This document shows positions 30,433 to 55,471 of a stretch of DNA of 64,000 bases, in pieces. Origin of the DNA: Chrysomallon squamiferum (taxonomy: Eukaryota; Animalia; Mollusca); assembly GCA_012295275.1 (NCBI GenBank), contig CM022670.1, positions 2,604,001 to 2,668,000 on the forward strand. Direction: 5' to 3'. The stretch's first letter is position 1, and the number at the start of each line of letters is the position of its first letter. Both the position numbers and the translations under genes were made by a program. The notes below the pieces were generated by a model. That model was given only the letters and a program-made list of their open reading frames with translations. It was not told the DNA's origin and did no database searches.

Positions 30433-32087
30433 CAAAACAGAAATAATAATAAAAAAAATTATAAATGAATCAATAAATCAATACATAAATAAATAAAATT
30501 AAAATTATATCCATACCTAAATAAAACAGAGGTTTGGATCAAATGTAAAAAAATGTCGGGGTTTTTTTTTTTTTTTTTTAATTTGTTTTCAATTCTAACA
30601 CTGTATCATATTCAACCCATTATTTACAAAATGTTACTCAGTTACTGAGGTCTTCTTCTCACCTTTTTGAAATACTTTTTTTTTTAATACTGACACTAAA
30701 CTGTTTCATATTCAAACCAGTATTTACAATATCTTAGTATGTTATTGGGTTCTTCCTTTTCTTTTTCTTTTTAAATTTACAATAATGATAAAAAAACAGC
30801 CTTAAAAAAAAAAAAAAAAACAAAAAAAAACATTATAATAATAATAATAAAAATAAATAATAAAAAAACAACGTCTTCAGTTACAGAAGGATGAATTTGT
30901 ATGAAACGCGTTGTTTTTTTTTTTTTTTTCCTGATCGGATTTCCCCAACCGACACAGTACAACAGCGTTTACCTTATACCACCAGCTCGAAATCTACAAC
31001 CTGCCCAAAGTTATCAATTTCACACCTACACAAAAACTTGCTAATTGCACGTGACACGGCGGGTTTATCCAGTGCGAGGAGTTGGCTTTCCGATAATGTG
31101 AGCTGAAACAAATTAATAATTGGCACAATTTTTGTCGCAGGGTAATCCCGGGTTCAAATGCTGGAGCCGATTCTCTGCTCTCGAATAGTGGCGCTTTTCA
31201 CTTGTTTCGAAAAACCGAGGTTTATGAAAAATGTAATCCGTTGTTTTTGCGTCCAGTAGGCAAAAAAGAAAAAAAAAAAAAAAAGAAAAAAAGCTGTGCA
31301 ATTATTTCAGTCCAGGGCAAAACCAGCAAAGAGATGGGATAGTTCTCAGTTGCTGCAGTAAACAAGAGGTTCATGTTACGTATTTGTTGTAGAATCAACA
31401 AGAAGAAGAAGAAAAAAAGAAGTTTTGACATGATAATTAATTTTTCTTCTTTGCTAAATAGAAAGCAGAGCGAGAAAGACAGAGAGAGAAAAAAGTAAAA
31501 CAAAACAAAAATATATTTAAAAATTATAGATATTTTTGTGTGTGTATGCATGTTTCTGTGTGTATGTATGTGTGTGTGTATGAATATGTACACCTATATA
31601 CCTACTGATTAAATGTATGTATATATATGTGTCTGTATGTATATCTCTGTATATATCAGTGTGTGTGTGTGTATATATAATTATATTCAAGAATAAATGT
31701 GTGTTGTTCATAATTATGGAACGAAAGATATGGATATATTCTTTAACTGTGTTTAAATAATAAGACAAAAATATTTTTTGAAAATTAATTGTATCATCTA
31801 TTTTTTCTTATTATTTTAGTTCTTTCAGTTCATTCCTTTTAATTTCGTTTCAAGAATATTGGCATTTTTTTTTTTTTTTTTAGTTAATCAAATAGATTCT
31901 ATAAAACTACTGGATTTCTCTAAACTGATTGATTATAATAAAAGTACTTTAATATTTTGAATCTTGTTTCTGAGTTAATATCCTTGTACGTTTGATTCAA
32001 TAATAAAAATATATTTAATGTTCTTTTGTTCGAAATGTATTCTTTTAAATTTCTGTTGTTCTTGTTTAGTTGGTAGGTTTTTTATTT

Positions 32088-32120
<33 letters not shown>

Positions 32121-32530
32121 GTTTTTTAAAATGCATTTGTTAATCGTATATGTGAATATTAAAAAACATATCCGTCATTTTTGTTAGTTAAGTCTTTGTA
32201 AATTTCAAATGAAAAACAATAATTTAAAAAGTTCTTTGATGTTTCACATTAAAACTTACGTAAATCTATCAATTAATTTTTGTAAAATTATTTAAGATTC
32301 GAGGTAAATGTGCCACTATTTTCTTCATTCATCGCACGTTTGACTATCAAAACGTTTTTAATGAATGATTATTAATTTAGTATACAGATGATCAAAAAAT
32401 TACTTTACTGTTATACTGTTTAATTGACAAAATATCTGGAAGGGAAAAAAAACAAAACAAAAAAACAAGCAATAACAAAATCAATTGGAAAAAACAACAA
32501 AAAACAACAACACAATAACAAAATCAATTG

Positions 32531-32563
<33 letters not shown>

Positions 32564-35500
32564 AAGAAAACCAAACATGAATTTAATAAATTAAAACTAA
32601 AAATGCATAAGTAATTTAAAAAAACAACAAAAAAAAAACCTATGTTAGAGATCAGTTATGACTGTATTTATAAAATAGCATTACGTTGAAATAACTTTTG
32701 GGCCACCCGTTATATTTAATCATTAACAGCACATTTTACTTTTTTAGTTGATTCGTATCTTTCAATCAAAACAAACTATTATTAGTATTTACCTTCGACT
32801 GTCAATTATTAAAACAAAGTGAATTATTAATTATTAAATTATGTTTCTGAATACAAACACAATTATGTCTTTATTATTAAGAATTTTTTTTCAATTAGCT
32901 TAATGCGTTTTTTAAAATATTGATTATCCTTTTCGTTTCTTCCCTTATTAATGTTTTAAATGTGTTAGACCTTTATTTATTGCTAGCATTCATATTAAAA
33001 GTTCAGTTAATTGATCACATTAAAAATACTTTTTTTTTTTCTTCTCATTTAAGTAAATTCGTCTTATTATAAGAAATACAGATGATGTATATCTATGTTT
33101 CAGTATTAGGCTAATTTTGAGTTAATTATTGATTTCATTTTCAAAAATCCCTATTCTTCAATATATTCGTGATAATATAAATACATGTAAATATAAAATA
33201 TACATTTCATAACTTTCGGTCAGTTCTCTCAGGTATTTTTCGTGTTTATGTTTAAGTTATTTCTTCGTTTTATTTATTGGTAAGTTATTTCAATTTTTAA
33301 TTCATTGTTAAATATTAATTGTTTTTGAATTATGCTAGCTTACAGCATATGCTTCAAGTTAAAACAAAATCTGACTGTTTTGTAACTCCTTAAATAAACA
33401 AACAATCAACTAAATAAATAAATAAGTGAAATAAATAAGTAATTAAATATATATATAAGTAAATAAATAAATAAGTAACATAAATCAATATGCAAATCAG
33501 CTGGTAAGTAAGTAATTAAACAAACAAACAAACAAACAAAATAAATAAATAAGGAAGTAACTAAATCATCATTGTTTGCTTTTTAATTTATTTGTTTTCA
33601 TTATTTAAATATATTTGACATTTCTCTTAATTAAAAAAATCCCTTTTTTCATTTCCAGAATACACCTGTCCTTATTTCTTCATGCTTTTGATTCAAACGT
33701 TTTCAGTATTAAAACATAGTCTTTGTTCTTCAGCTAATTTATTCCATTTATATAGCATTTCAGATTTTTATTTTAATTAATTCAACAGTTTATATATTTG
33801 TGCATGTGTGGGTATGTAAATATGTTCGTATTTATGTACATATATTCATATATGTATATATAAATATATGTCTGTGTGTGATTGTGTTTATGTACGAATG
33901 CACATATATATATATATATGTTTGTATTTTTGAATTAACATATGTATGTACGGGTATATGTTATGTAATTACAATAATTTAAAAAAAGAAAAGTAAAAAA
34001 GACATCCACACTACCACACTGGCTTCAATCCCTTTTCATTTCATTAACACAGAAACTGAACTCGATGCAGAGCCAAGACTTGTGTGTATGCACAGCGTCA
34101 AAACGCCTTGTTTATGAAACGAAGGAATCCAAAGTCGAAATATTTACAACATTCCTTTTCCCATGTAGACTCCTTTGCCCGAGCCTGCGTGTTAATCATG
34201 GGCACAAACGCTAAAATCTGTTAATCTCGGATTAATATATTTGAATTAGCCGCAAAGTGGGTTTGCGAAGAAACCAGTGCAAATAGAACAACCGGCCGTT
34301 TTATTTGCTTCTGGGGGCCCAGGACAACACAGACTCCTGCTCTGGGATTCCTGATTACCGAGCCAAACAATGGCAAGTGGTAAATATATTTAAGAAATAA
34401 CAGCGTGCGAATTGTAGAACTGAAACGGAAAGTCAGAAGTCATATTGACGTAGACATTTCTGAAATAATTTTCACCGTCTTTTGATAAGACACTGTTCTT
34501 GTGTTGCATTGTTAAAAGGTAGCAAGCAAGGTTAAGCTGTAATTGTAGTAGTAGTAGTAGTAGCTGTAATGGTGGTAATGGTAATATTAGTAGCAGAAGT
34601 GGTAGTAGTTATGGTAGCCGTTTTAGTAGTAATAGTTGTAATATTAGTAGAATTAATAGTTATAGTAACAGTACTGATGTAGAGTAATAGCAAGAGTACT
34701 GGTAGCGGTAAAATAATCGCTGGAATGGTAATAGTAGTAGTAGCAGTTGCAGTAGTAGTAATAGTAGTAGTATAGTAGTGAAATTACACAGTACAGGTTT
34801 TAGCAGAATTAAAGACACCACTAGAGCTTGAAACGGTATTGTTTACTGTCAACATAATAAACATCATCGTCAACATTATCGTCATCAGTAGCTGCAATAA
34901 TAGAAGTCGTTGTAGTTGTTGTTGTACCCCGACATCAACATCTTCATCGTTTACATTATAGTCATCATTTTACTGTAGTAGCTGCAGTAGTAGTGATGGT
35001 TGTATTTGTTGTGTTTCTGTACCCCGATATCAATATATTTATTCATCGTTAACATCATTTTTCTATAGTAGCTGCAATTGTAGCAGTAGTGGTTGTTGCT
35101 ATAGCCTTACACCACACCATCGTTAAAATTTTTTTTTTTTTTCTGCACCCTGCATCAAGACCTTCATCATTGACATCACCATCGCCATTTTACTACAATA
35201 GCTGTAGTAGTAGTAGAGTTAGCTGTTGTTGTTGTTGTTTGTTGTTGTACTCTGACGTCAACAATAACATTCTACGACCTGAAACAGCCAGACTGGGACG
35301 AGTGTTACGGTAATGGGTTACAGATGCTCAGTGTCTGTTACAGGATGCACTCGCTCACTCCTTCACAGCAGAGAGAACCCGACACAGGAGCCGTGTAAAA
35401 AGAGAACCCGTGACACCCCTGCTCGTAAAACTACCACAACTTGTGAAAGAATAATTGAAGGACCTATCGAATTTTATTCTTCCCCCCCATCCCCACCGCT

Positions 35501-36909
35501 ATAAAAAGGACCCGACTACACGTGTGTGATGATACTCGGAAAGAAATACTCCGATGTTCCCTTCGTTTACAAAGCTCGCGTTTATTTAACTGCGGATCGG
35601 CTACATACATTGAGAGACTCATTAAAAAAAAACACACACCGGAAAAAAAAAAAAATAAAAAAATAAAAAGAACAACAACACGGGGACGCGTGTATTAAGA
35701 GAAACTTACACCGTGTGTTTTTGTATCTTTCAGAGTAAACGGAAAGAATCCGGTTCTCAGTCTAGTGTGACATTTGATATGTAATTATTGTGTAACTAAG
35801 ACGTTGTGTTGTAAGAATTAATTTATATTGTACGTGGTACACGTATGTATGTATATATAAATTCGTGTATTAACCATAATATAAATTACATATGAAAACA
35901 AACCCACATGTTTGTGTGTTTATACATATTATATCGTATATATATATATATACGCAAAAAATACCAAAGAACACAAATATATCCCATTAAATATATATCG
36001 TGTACATACGTATTTGTGTACCTCTGCATTTTTTTGCGTATATATTTCTGCATATTAGTATATGTATGTTTATGTATGTATTTGCCTAACTTTGTGGTTT
36101 TGTAAATGTATCTGGGTAAAGTAAATCAAAATAAATAAATAAATAAAATACACAACAACAACAACAATAATAATATAAAGACGAAAATGTAATATCTGCA
36201 ATATGGATTAACGGAAACTCAGTCTTTTAAGGTTTTTTCTTCTAATAAGTCTATAAACATATTTTTGTACTGGCCCATAACAGTTTTGTAGATGTATCAC
36301 AGAAACAACAAAATTCAGCCTACAATAAAATAAAGAGAGAATTAGCCGCGTTTCTATTGTATTTACACACAAACTGAATACTGTTTGAATCTTCTATTTA
36401 TTTCATTTCTAAATAGATTTCTGTTCTCTTGAAATTATTGGGACTAAAACGATCACTTTCAGACTTCTATTAAATACCAGTTTTTGATATGACCATAAAA
36501 AATAATTACCTCATTTTAGCGTTTGTAGATAAACTGTTACTGATCACGTTGTATTTCAGATTTATACTTTTTTCTTCAAGTAATTTTGTTTTAGCTCTAA
36601 CAGAATATATTTAGAAAATGTTTGATTCGTTGCTTAAAATTTCCATTTTATTATAACTGTTATTTTTTTTATATAAAATAACAAGTTGTAGTTTTTGTTC
36701 CGTAAGAGAACAGATATTTAATGTTATTTAATTTATTTATTCATATTGTAATATTATGTACAATAGATAGCGGCCGATTGTTTAACGTTTATGTCCAATG
36801 ATCGAAGGGAAATAACTCCTGAATTTCATAGCAAAAATTTAAATGATTTTTGTTCAGAGATGGGTGTTATAATATTACGTTAACACAAAAAATAAATACA
36901 TGAAAATAA

Positions 36910-36940
<31 letters not shown>

Positions 36941-37256
36941 AACAGCTCCAGTCCCCCAAAAATTACTATAACTACTACTATTATTATTACAACAACAACA
37001 ACAACAATAATAATAATAGTAGTAGGAGTAGGAGTAGTAGTATTAGTAGTACTAATAGTAGTAGTAGTAGTAATAATAACCATTTAAGCCGAATCCTTGA
37101 TAACGTTTTTTAATATTGATAAACATGTAGTAACAAACATATTATAAACAATGACAATTTCGTTTAACAAGGCAAGAGTTTATTAACGAAGAAGAAATCA
37201 CGAAATAGATTTTACATGTAACAACTTTTTGATAAAGATAAATGTTAATAAATAAA

Positions 37257-37319
<63 letters not shown>

Positions 37320-38357
37320 GTATATGATGTTCTTTATTATTATTATAAATATTTCAAGATAATATAATTTTCAAAAATGAATGTAAAAAAGATAAATTAA
37401 GGCACATTATATTTGTTTACGAATATTAATTATTTTGCAGTTTTAATGTCATTTGTACTATCAAATGATTTGAAAATAATTTTAACCACCAATTAACTTA
37501 GTTACAATTGAAATAAGAGTGCTTAAAAGTTTATAAGTTCGCTTCCTACGATCCAAGGGACACAACTCCAAAATATTATTGTAAAGAAAAATTTATTTCT
37601 AATCTAATATTATTTAAAGTGAAATTTGTATTGAATAATACAATATAATTTTATAACAGAAATAAATATATAAATAAACATTTCAATAAACAGGGAAAAA
37701 AGAAAAGAACAACATCAACATCACGAAAAAATAATAATGATCGAATAGTCGTATTATTATTACTTAAAATCGTAATTCTCTCTTTTTATTTACACAAAAT
37801 TCTAAAATAAATAATCAGTTTAATACATATCACAGGTAATCCGTGAAAAACATTCACACCTGTGTTTTGTGTATTGTCGTTCAGCGAAACCATGCAATTT
37901 ACCTATATTCATGTGTGTAAGCTTTGTTTTTATATACATGTGTGTGTGAGCGGTTTAAATATAGATGCTCGTGCAAATTTACATGCACGTCAACATTCAT
38001 TTGCTACACAAGTATACATATACAAATACATCCATAAATACATTATGTGCACATGCATGCATGAAAAACATATATATATTTTACATATTTATTTAGCAAA
38101 TATATCATTAAGGTATAACCATGTCATTGATAGTAAAACTTTATTTTCGTCAGCAAAATACGCTTTGAGTAATATCAACACTTGTTTGAGTTAATGAAAA
38201 TATTTATTAATTTTTCGGTGTAATTAAGAATAGTTGTTATTTCAGTTCAATTTTTTCAATAACATGTGAATTTAATCTAAAAAATAAAAAAAATAAAAAA
38301 AAATATTCATGGAATCTGTGATTTGTGAGAAATAATTACAATAACTTTATGTAACGT

Positions 38358-38402
<45 letters not shown>

Positions 38403-38685
38403 TTTTTGTTGTTATTGTTATGATTATTATTACCGTTATCATCATCATTAACATCATCATCATCATCATTATTATTATTATTATTATAAAATATTTTTTC
38501 TAATTATGTTACACAGCTCAACTTGCTATATATATATGCAGTTGTTTGGTTCAAACCAAATTATGTATATGTATATATATATATATAAGATATATATACT
38601 TCGGTTTTAACCAAACAGTCGCAGAAACACAAAGAGCCTAAATTCAAATTGCAAACACAATCATTAACCAGACATTTTTCTTCTT

Positions 38686-48606
<9,921 letters not shown>

Positions 48607-49694
48607 AGTCTGTCTTTTGAAATAATTATTTAGAAACAAACAACAACAACGACCTGTTAACCACAGCGCTGGTAACAACTACTACCGCGGTAAATCTTTC
48701 TCTCCCCGTCCCCGCTGTGGCTGGAGCCGCTGCAAGACACAAATCGACGAGCTCGCCTGTCACAAAATGGTTGATGCCTCGGATCGGAAGGCTGGCGATA
48801 TTGAAGCTAAAAACTTAAATAATTCATTATCCCATCAGCAGAAACGTTTGGAGACAATAGTACAAAATAACACAATAAAAACATCGATCGCCTGATATTC
48901 AGTATAGATTTGTGCTGGTCCTGACAAAAGCTCAAAGGATACTGGTACGTCAAGAACGACTTGTTAGAGGACAAAAAAAAAAAAAAAAAAAAAAAAAAGA
49001 AAGAAAGATTTAAAACGATATATCGGCGTTTGATGTTGCTGCTGAATCAAAAAGCATAAAAAACAGTGTTCGAAATACATTATTGTATTGTCATAGCTGA
49101 TAACTGAGACCATAGGTTAATGTTGCAGAAAATATTAAACAGTTGTAAAAATAACAATACCTGAACATAAAAAGAGATTATAGAGAAACATAAGAAAACA
49201 ATAAAAATAAAAAAAAGAGAGAAACATTAAAAACAAAAATAGTAATAATACAATTATATTAATGATTTATTTGGGGGGGGGGTTCCGGTAAATAAAATAG
49301 TTAATTAAAAGATTAGTTAATTCCTTCATTCTTAATAGTTTCTAAAATTAAAGACATATCATTAGTTACCTCCGACCTGTTTCAGTTTATAATTATAGCA
49401 AAGGTAATTGTTCAAGTAATAGCACGGATGTTTAATATATTCAATTTTTGAAACATAACATAATTTATCTTCTTTTTTTTTTTTCGATACTGCCTATTTG
49501 ACAATATTAAGTTTTAAAAATTGAAATATTGCTGTTTGTGGCAGTACAAACAAAATAATAAATTAGTTATTGTTGGACACTGAATCAAATCTTTACTAAC
49601 AATAAGTTTAAGACAACGCAAAGAGGCTGACATTCTTCTAACCGTTGTGACATGATGTCACACGCAGAACAGATATAAACTATAAAAGTGTATG

Positions 49695-49748
49695 TCCGTA
49701 ACTCGAAAAATTCGTAAGTTGGGGCACTCGTAAGTCGAGGTACCACTG
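49695..49748 (-). mobile_element. Solo pogo/Tigger-like terminal inverted repeat remnant
   Basis: Reverse complement begins CAGTGGTACCTCGACTTACGAG, resembling pogo/Tigger termini, with an internal TTACGA repeat. No partner TIR was found. Confidence 0.5.
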
Positions 49749-51364
49749 TTTTTAAAAAAAAAATAAAATAAAATAAATAAAAAAATGTATCCTTCCAATA
49801 TCTTTTACAGATCGGGTCTCATATTTTGTAGTCTAATTTACTCAATGTTTAAGATTATATGCTAAACACCACAGTGGACATATTGTAGATTGTTTTTGGT
49901 TTTTGTTTTTGTTTTTACTTTTCTCACCTAATATTTATCATTATTATACCTGCTTTTGTCACAATAATGTTGAAATAATGACAAAGCAGAATTTAAAAGA
50001 AAAAAAAAAGTGTAAAAATAATAATAAAACAGTGGATTATAAATCACATGCGAAAAAAAAAAGTGTTATAATTTACTTTATTTTCATGACGATTAAAACA
50101 GATATATCAAAAGGCAACATGTAAAAACAAACTACAATTACACGTCAAAACAGAGCTATAATTTACATCGCAGTCTCTGACATTATTTTCGTTAAGTCTG
50201 CAATCGCTGTTTATTCAGAAAACAGACACAATTATCTAGACGCAAATGCACATCCGGACCGCGGATAAAAATATGCGTGCCCTTCTGCTTTGCCGCATCC
50301 AGGTTTTTTTTACCGCAATCAGTGATTTTTATTTTTTGTTTCAATTCTTGATCTTTTTTTTTTTTTTTTTTTTTTTTTTGAAGCCAATGCCGGAGACTGT
50401 TTTACAAAACAGATTGTCGCAAACAAGACTGTTTAATTTATTTGTTTACAGCGCGTTTACAGTGATGTTACATCATCTGTACACTCAGTTACCAAACATT
50501 TTAAAATAATACACAAATCAATACTAAAAGCAATAAAATATAATACACTAATTTCACTTGCACAAAGAACAATGTTAATGGAAACCAATATCTACAGATA
50601 TACAAACTAAACAGTTTTGAAATAAGTCAATGAAAAATAAATTGTCGCTTCGGTCCCAGTGGCATCGTATGAATTAAATATGTGTGTTGCTAGGCTCTTT
50701 GATACATATACACTTCTAGGCTGAATGCATTTTTTGAAAATATAGTATTCTTTTCTGAATGCCTTGCTGTCGTTGTTGTCATAGATCTTTTTTTTTTTTT
50801 TTTTGCGTCAGCGTTTGTCCCGAGTCTGTTTGAAGAATCGATAACAGAAAGGAGGCCACCTCATTGTTCTGAAATCTGAGAAAACGTCTGATGATCAGCC
50901 ATGTTGGTTTTAAGAAAGCTAAAATATGATTAAAAAATACATCTAGTCAACTGTTATTTAAACATTTAGAAAGGAAAAGCCAGAACGACTAAAAAATGAT
51001 GTGAAGATGAGATGAACTAAAGAAAGAAGCAAAAGACGTTGAATTAATAATAATGAATATTTTTATTAAAAAGTTATTACATTTGTTATATAGATGAAGG
51101 GTTGTAATAACCTTAACTACAACAACAACAACAACAACAACACTGATAATAATGATAAATCGGCCGTGACGTACTGTTTGAGACGGAATGAATTCAGTGA
51201 AGCATTACACTTTACACCTACGCTTAAATCACTGAGCCATAACTTTTAAATATACTTTGTAAAATAACAACTCAAAATAAAATTTAAATTAAAAAAATAT
51301 ATATATATTATTACTGTTATTGTTATTATTTATTTATTTTATTATTATTATTATTATTATTACG

Positions 51365-51420
<56 letters not shown>

Positions 51421-51778
51421 CCCTAACCATCCCAGTATCTGCCTTAGGGAAACGATATCAATATTACTATGATTTTAGTTTTAGTTATTTTTCTTTTCAG
51501 TGTTCTCATTAAAGTTGTATTATGTTGAAATGTTTTTCATATCCTTTGATGACAATACACAAACCAGCATGTCAAAACTGTCATTGATTATATTAACTGT
51601 TCTTAATTATTTTAGAATGTCCATTGATTCAATATATGATCATAAAATCGTTATGTTCGTTTATGTACAGTTGTGTGTGTGTGTATGTATGTATCTGTGT
51701 TTGTGTATGCGTTATACGGAAATATACATACAGAAATGAAGATATCGATTTTATGATTATTCAGTTGAAATTCTAAAA

Positions 51779-51828
<50 letters not shown>

Positions 51829-51939
51829 ATTTATTATGTTATTTTTAATACGAATTTGTGGATATATACATGTATGCAAGTTTGTATGTGCGTTTGTGTA
51901 TGTGTGTTTGTATGTATCCATGTAATTTTTTCTGTGTAA

Positions 51940-52093
51940 AAAATCAATGAAGAGATTCTGATGTTTCTCTATGCAAATATGAAAGATTATTCCAATTTTC
52001 GATCCGCGTAGAAATGTTTCTCTGTTGCTATGATTAAGAAAAATGAGTCTTCCATTTAAAACTGTAATCTTATTTCCTGCTGCTGTTTATTTA
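51940..52093 (+). repeat. 154-bp direct duplication, copy 1 (copy 2 at 53581-53734)
   Basis: aaaatcaatgaagagattctg...cctgctgctgtttattta occurs twice, with a single mismatch seen (ctctgttg vs ctccgttg). Confidence 0.92.
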
Positions 52094-52893
52094 ACCCTGT
52101 AAAATGAATCAGACACAGACATAATATTAAATAATAATAAATGGTGGTTTTTTTTTTTTTTTTTTAAATTAAATCAAAAAGAAAACAAAAAGAGGAAAAA
52201 AAAAAAAAAAAAAATAAAAATAAAAATAAATAAATAAATAAAAATAAAAATAAAAATAAAAATACATAGACTTTCCAAATTTTCAATAATATTAATAACA
52301 TTTTTTATTTGTTCTACGCATGAAGAAAAACTTAAACCCAGCCAGGGAATAATACATATTATATTTCCTAAATATTTATACGGTGTTTGTCCAAAAAAAA
52401 AAAACGCTTTTGGTTATTTTTTATTTTTCTCTCTTTATTTAGTTTTTACTATTGTTTTTATTAGTGTCCAAACGCCATTAAAAGCTTCTGAGGATATAAG
52501 CAGTCTTTCGTTTTTCATTTTTTCTAGTAACATTTCGAATAGAATAAAATGTAAAAAAAAAAAAAAAAAAATACTGGATAGACTGGCCTTCGCAATGGTT
52601 TACTCAGTCTGTGAGGTTTACTTGTACTTTTCTCTTTACAAAATAAATTACAATTAAATATCAGCTTTAATGCGTCTTCACGAACTTGTTGTTGTGATGT
52701 TGCTGATAAAATATAGAAAATTATTCGTGTCATCTCAGGAAATGCTTTAATAAATAATTATGTTAAATATCAAAACAAATTAAAGATTAATAAATGTATG
52801 TAATTTAAATTAAATTACTATAATATATGACTACCATCCCTACCATAAAACAACATCATTCACAACAACAACAACAACAACAACAACAATAAC

Positions 52894-52951
<58 letters not shown>

Positions 52952-53499
52952 CATTCAAAAGCTGATGTGGGGAAAACGTACGTTCAATTAACAACAAAAA
53001 AAAAAAAAAAAAAAAAAAAAACTAAGTTCATTATTTATGAAGGAAATGAAATTACTGCATCAAAAGAACGATTACCAAATGAAATTACAAAGTCAGTTCA
53101 AAGACGTATTGTTTGCCTGTAATTTGTCATGTTATTACGCTACATTGTTCACAGTGTAACAATAACATGATTGATAATCTCAGTCACGTGATATATGACT
53201 GTCGCTTTGCCGTGACCAAACATGTGTTAAAGGTAGGCTATTTAACAGTGATTTGATGTTTTCACAAGCTGATCTCTGCCAGAGATATTTGTTTGTGCAG
53301 GTGTATGTGTTTATATATATATGTAAGTGTACGTATATATGTGTATGTGTATAGGTGTATGTGCGTGTGTGTGTACGTGGTTATATATATATGTATATAT
53401 ATGCATGTCTGCATCTGTGTGTGTGTATCTATTTATCTATCTATATGTAAATATATCTACATGTGCATATATATATATATATATGAATATGAACGTATG

Positions 53500-53543
<44 letters not shown>

Positions 53544-53580
53544 TTTGTTTTTGTATATATGCATGTACATTTTTCAACAG

Positions 53581-53734
53581 AAAATCAATGAAGAGATTCT
53601 GATGTTTCTCTATGCAAATATGAAAGATTATTCCAATTTTCGATCCGCGTAGAAATGTTTCTCCGTTGCTATGATTAAGAAAAATGAGTCTTCCATTTAA
53701 AACTGTAATCTTATTTCCTGCTGCTGTTTATTTA
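53581..53734 (+). repeat. 154-bp direct duplication, copy 2
   Basis: Near-identical to 51940-52093. Confidence 0.92.
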
Positions 53735-54424
53735 CATGTTTATACCTTTGCATATGATAAATCAAAATGGGCATCAAAATGGTGGGGGCATGCAATCAGA
53801 AAAAATAACTTAATAAATTTGTTTGATTTATATTTAAATCGAATAAAGGGTTTATCTATGTTTACATATTTGAAATATCTTCCTTTCTCATAATAATAAG
53901 TGGTAGTGGTAACAATAATAAAAGTAATAATAATAATCATAATCATAGTCATAACGACAAGAATAGTAACAACAACAGCAATAACGATAATAATGATAAT
54001 AGTTGTAGTGATGGTAGTGGTGGTAACAGCGATTGTAACAACAACAACGATAACAGTAACAACAGCAGTATGTACGTAGACTCGTTTACTCAGTTATTTC
54101 CAGTCAGAACTGAATTTATGTGTCTCCGTGTCATTCAGTGCAATAAAGTCACACAAAAATTCAACAATTAGACTCGTACGAGAACAGACAAATATTTAAC
54201 TGCACTTCAAGAATAAAAAATCTCCGTCAGGGATTCCAGAATAGCCTCCCTTGTTTAACAGATTCACGAATACAACAAAAGCTTTTATTCTGTTTCTTAG
54301 AGTTCTTTCAGTGTAACAGTTTAACAGTTTGTGTCGCTTACAAATTCTAAATAAAGAAATACAGTAATTTACTGTAATTAGCTGTACTGAACAGAGCTAG
54401 GTTTCTTTAATCTGCGTTATTTTA

Positions 54425-54456
54425 TATACTGCTCACAAAAAAGTAAGGGAGCACTT
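54425..54456 (+). mobile_element. Tc1-like terminal inverted repeat remnant
   Basis: ta-tactgctcacaaaaaagtaagggagcactt resembles Tc1-family termini. No convincing partner was found. Confidence 0.35.
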
Positions 54457-55410
54457 ATAAGAATTTATACTTAACAAAAATGTAATCTGTATTAGCTGTA
54501 GGGAAAGGTTACATGATAACAGTGAAATAGTTTAATTTACTATAATATACTGGATTGTATCATAGTTTACTGTAATGTACTGTGGATTCTCTATTTTATT
54601 ATACTGTATATACACATCTGAGTTGAATTGTAATACATTACACCATTTCACACTGGAATTATTACCAAGCTATGTTGTCACATAGTCTACTTATTTAGGT
54701 AAATGTTTTGTTTGTAACCTGAAAATAAAATTATAACAATAATAATAACAGCAGCAGAAAAACACGTAGAACAGTGAGAAAACAATTTCAGTTGTAATGA
54801 CCTGCACTGTATTGTATTTCAATGAAATCTGATAGAACGGAAGCCCATATCTCCGGCAAGGTTTAAAACAGTTTAAAGAAAAATTGTCAGCTTCTGAACT
54901 AAGCAAACCTTTCGCAATCACCAAGTTTCTGCTTATGAACAATACACTATTTCCTTTCTTCAGGCTCTTACAGTTTTGTTTTGCGGCTGTTAATACATTC
55001 ATTTGTAATGCTTCGAGGAATCTTTGATTTCTTTTATAAATAATGTATATATTTTTTTATGATATAGAGATAAAAATAATATTTGTATTTGTGAAAGGCG
55101 TTTGGCAAGGTAAGGATTCCATGCGAGTTTTGATGAAATTTTTATTCATTATTATTATTATACTTCTTTTCTTCGTTTTCTTCTTCTTCTTCTATTATTA
55201 TTATTAATGTTGATCTTGCTGTTTGTATTTTTTTTTGTTATTATTGTTACAGTTGCTATTGTTATAGTTAATATTATCACTATTATTGTTACTACTACAA
55301 CTACTGCGGTTACTGCTGCTACTACTACTATATATATTATTACTCTTGTTACATTGCTTGTAGTTACTGTTCACGGTGATGACTTAAATATTTATTATCT
55401 TTTATTACAG

Positions 55411-55471
55411 ATGTCATGGAAAATGTGTTCAGTTCTTCATATTGCGAGTCTGTCATTACTTACACGTGCAG
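55411..55471 (+). other. Orphan or alternative signal-peptide-like exon (MSWKMCSVLHIASLSLLTRA)
   Basis: ttacag|ATGTC...GCA G|gtaaaa, 61 bp, phase 1. Same length, start context and donor hexamer as the gene B signal-peptide exon. Confidence 0.55.

Noticed and set aside
54691-55002. 103-aa minus-strand ORF
   Set aside because: No recognisable motif, it runs into low-complexity sequence, and there are no clear splice partners.
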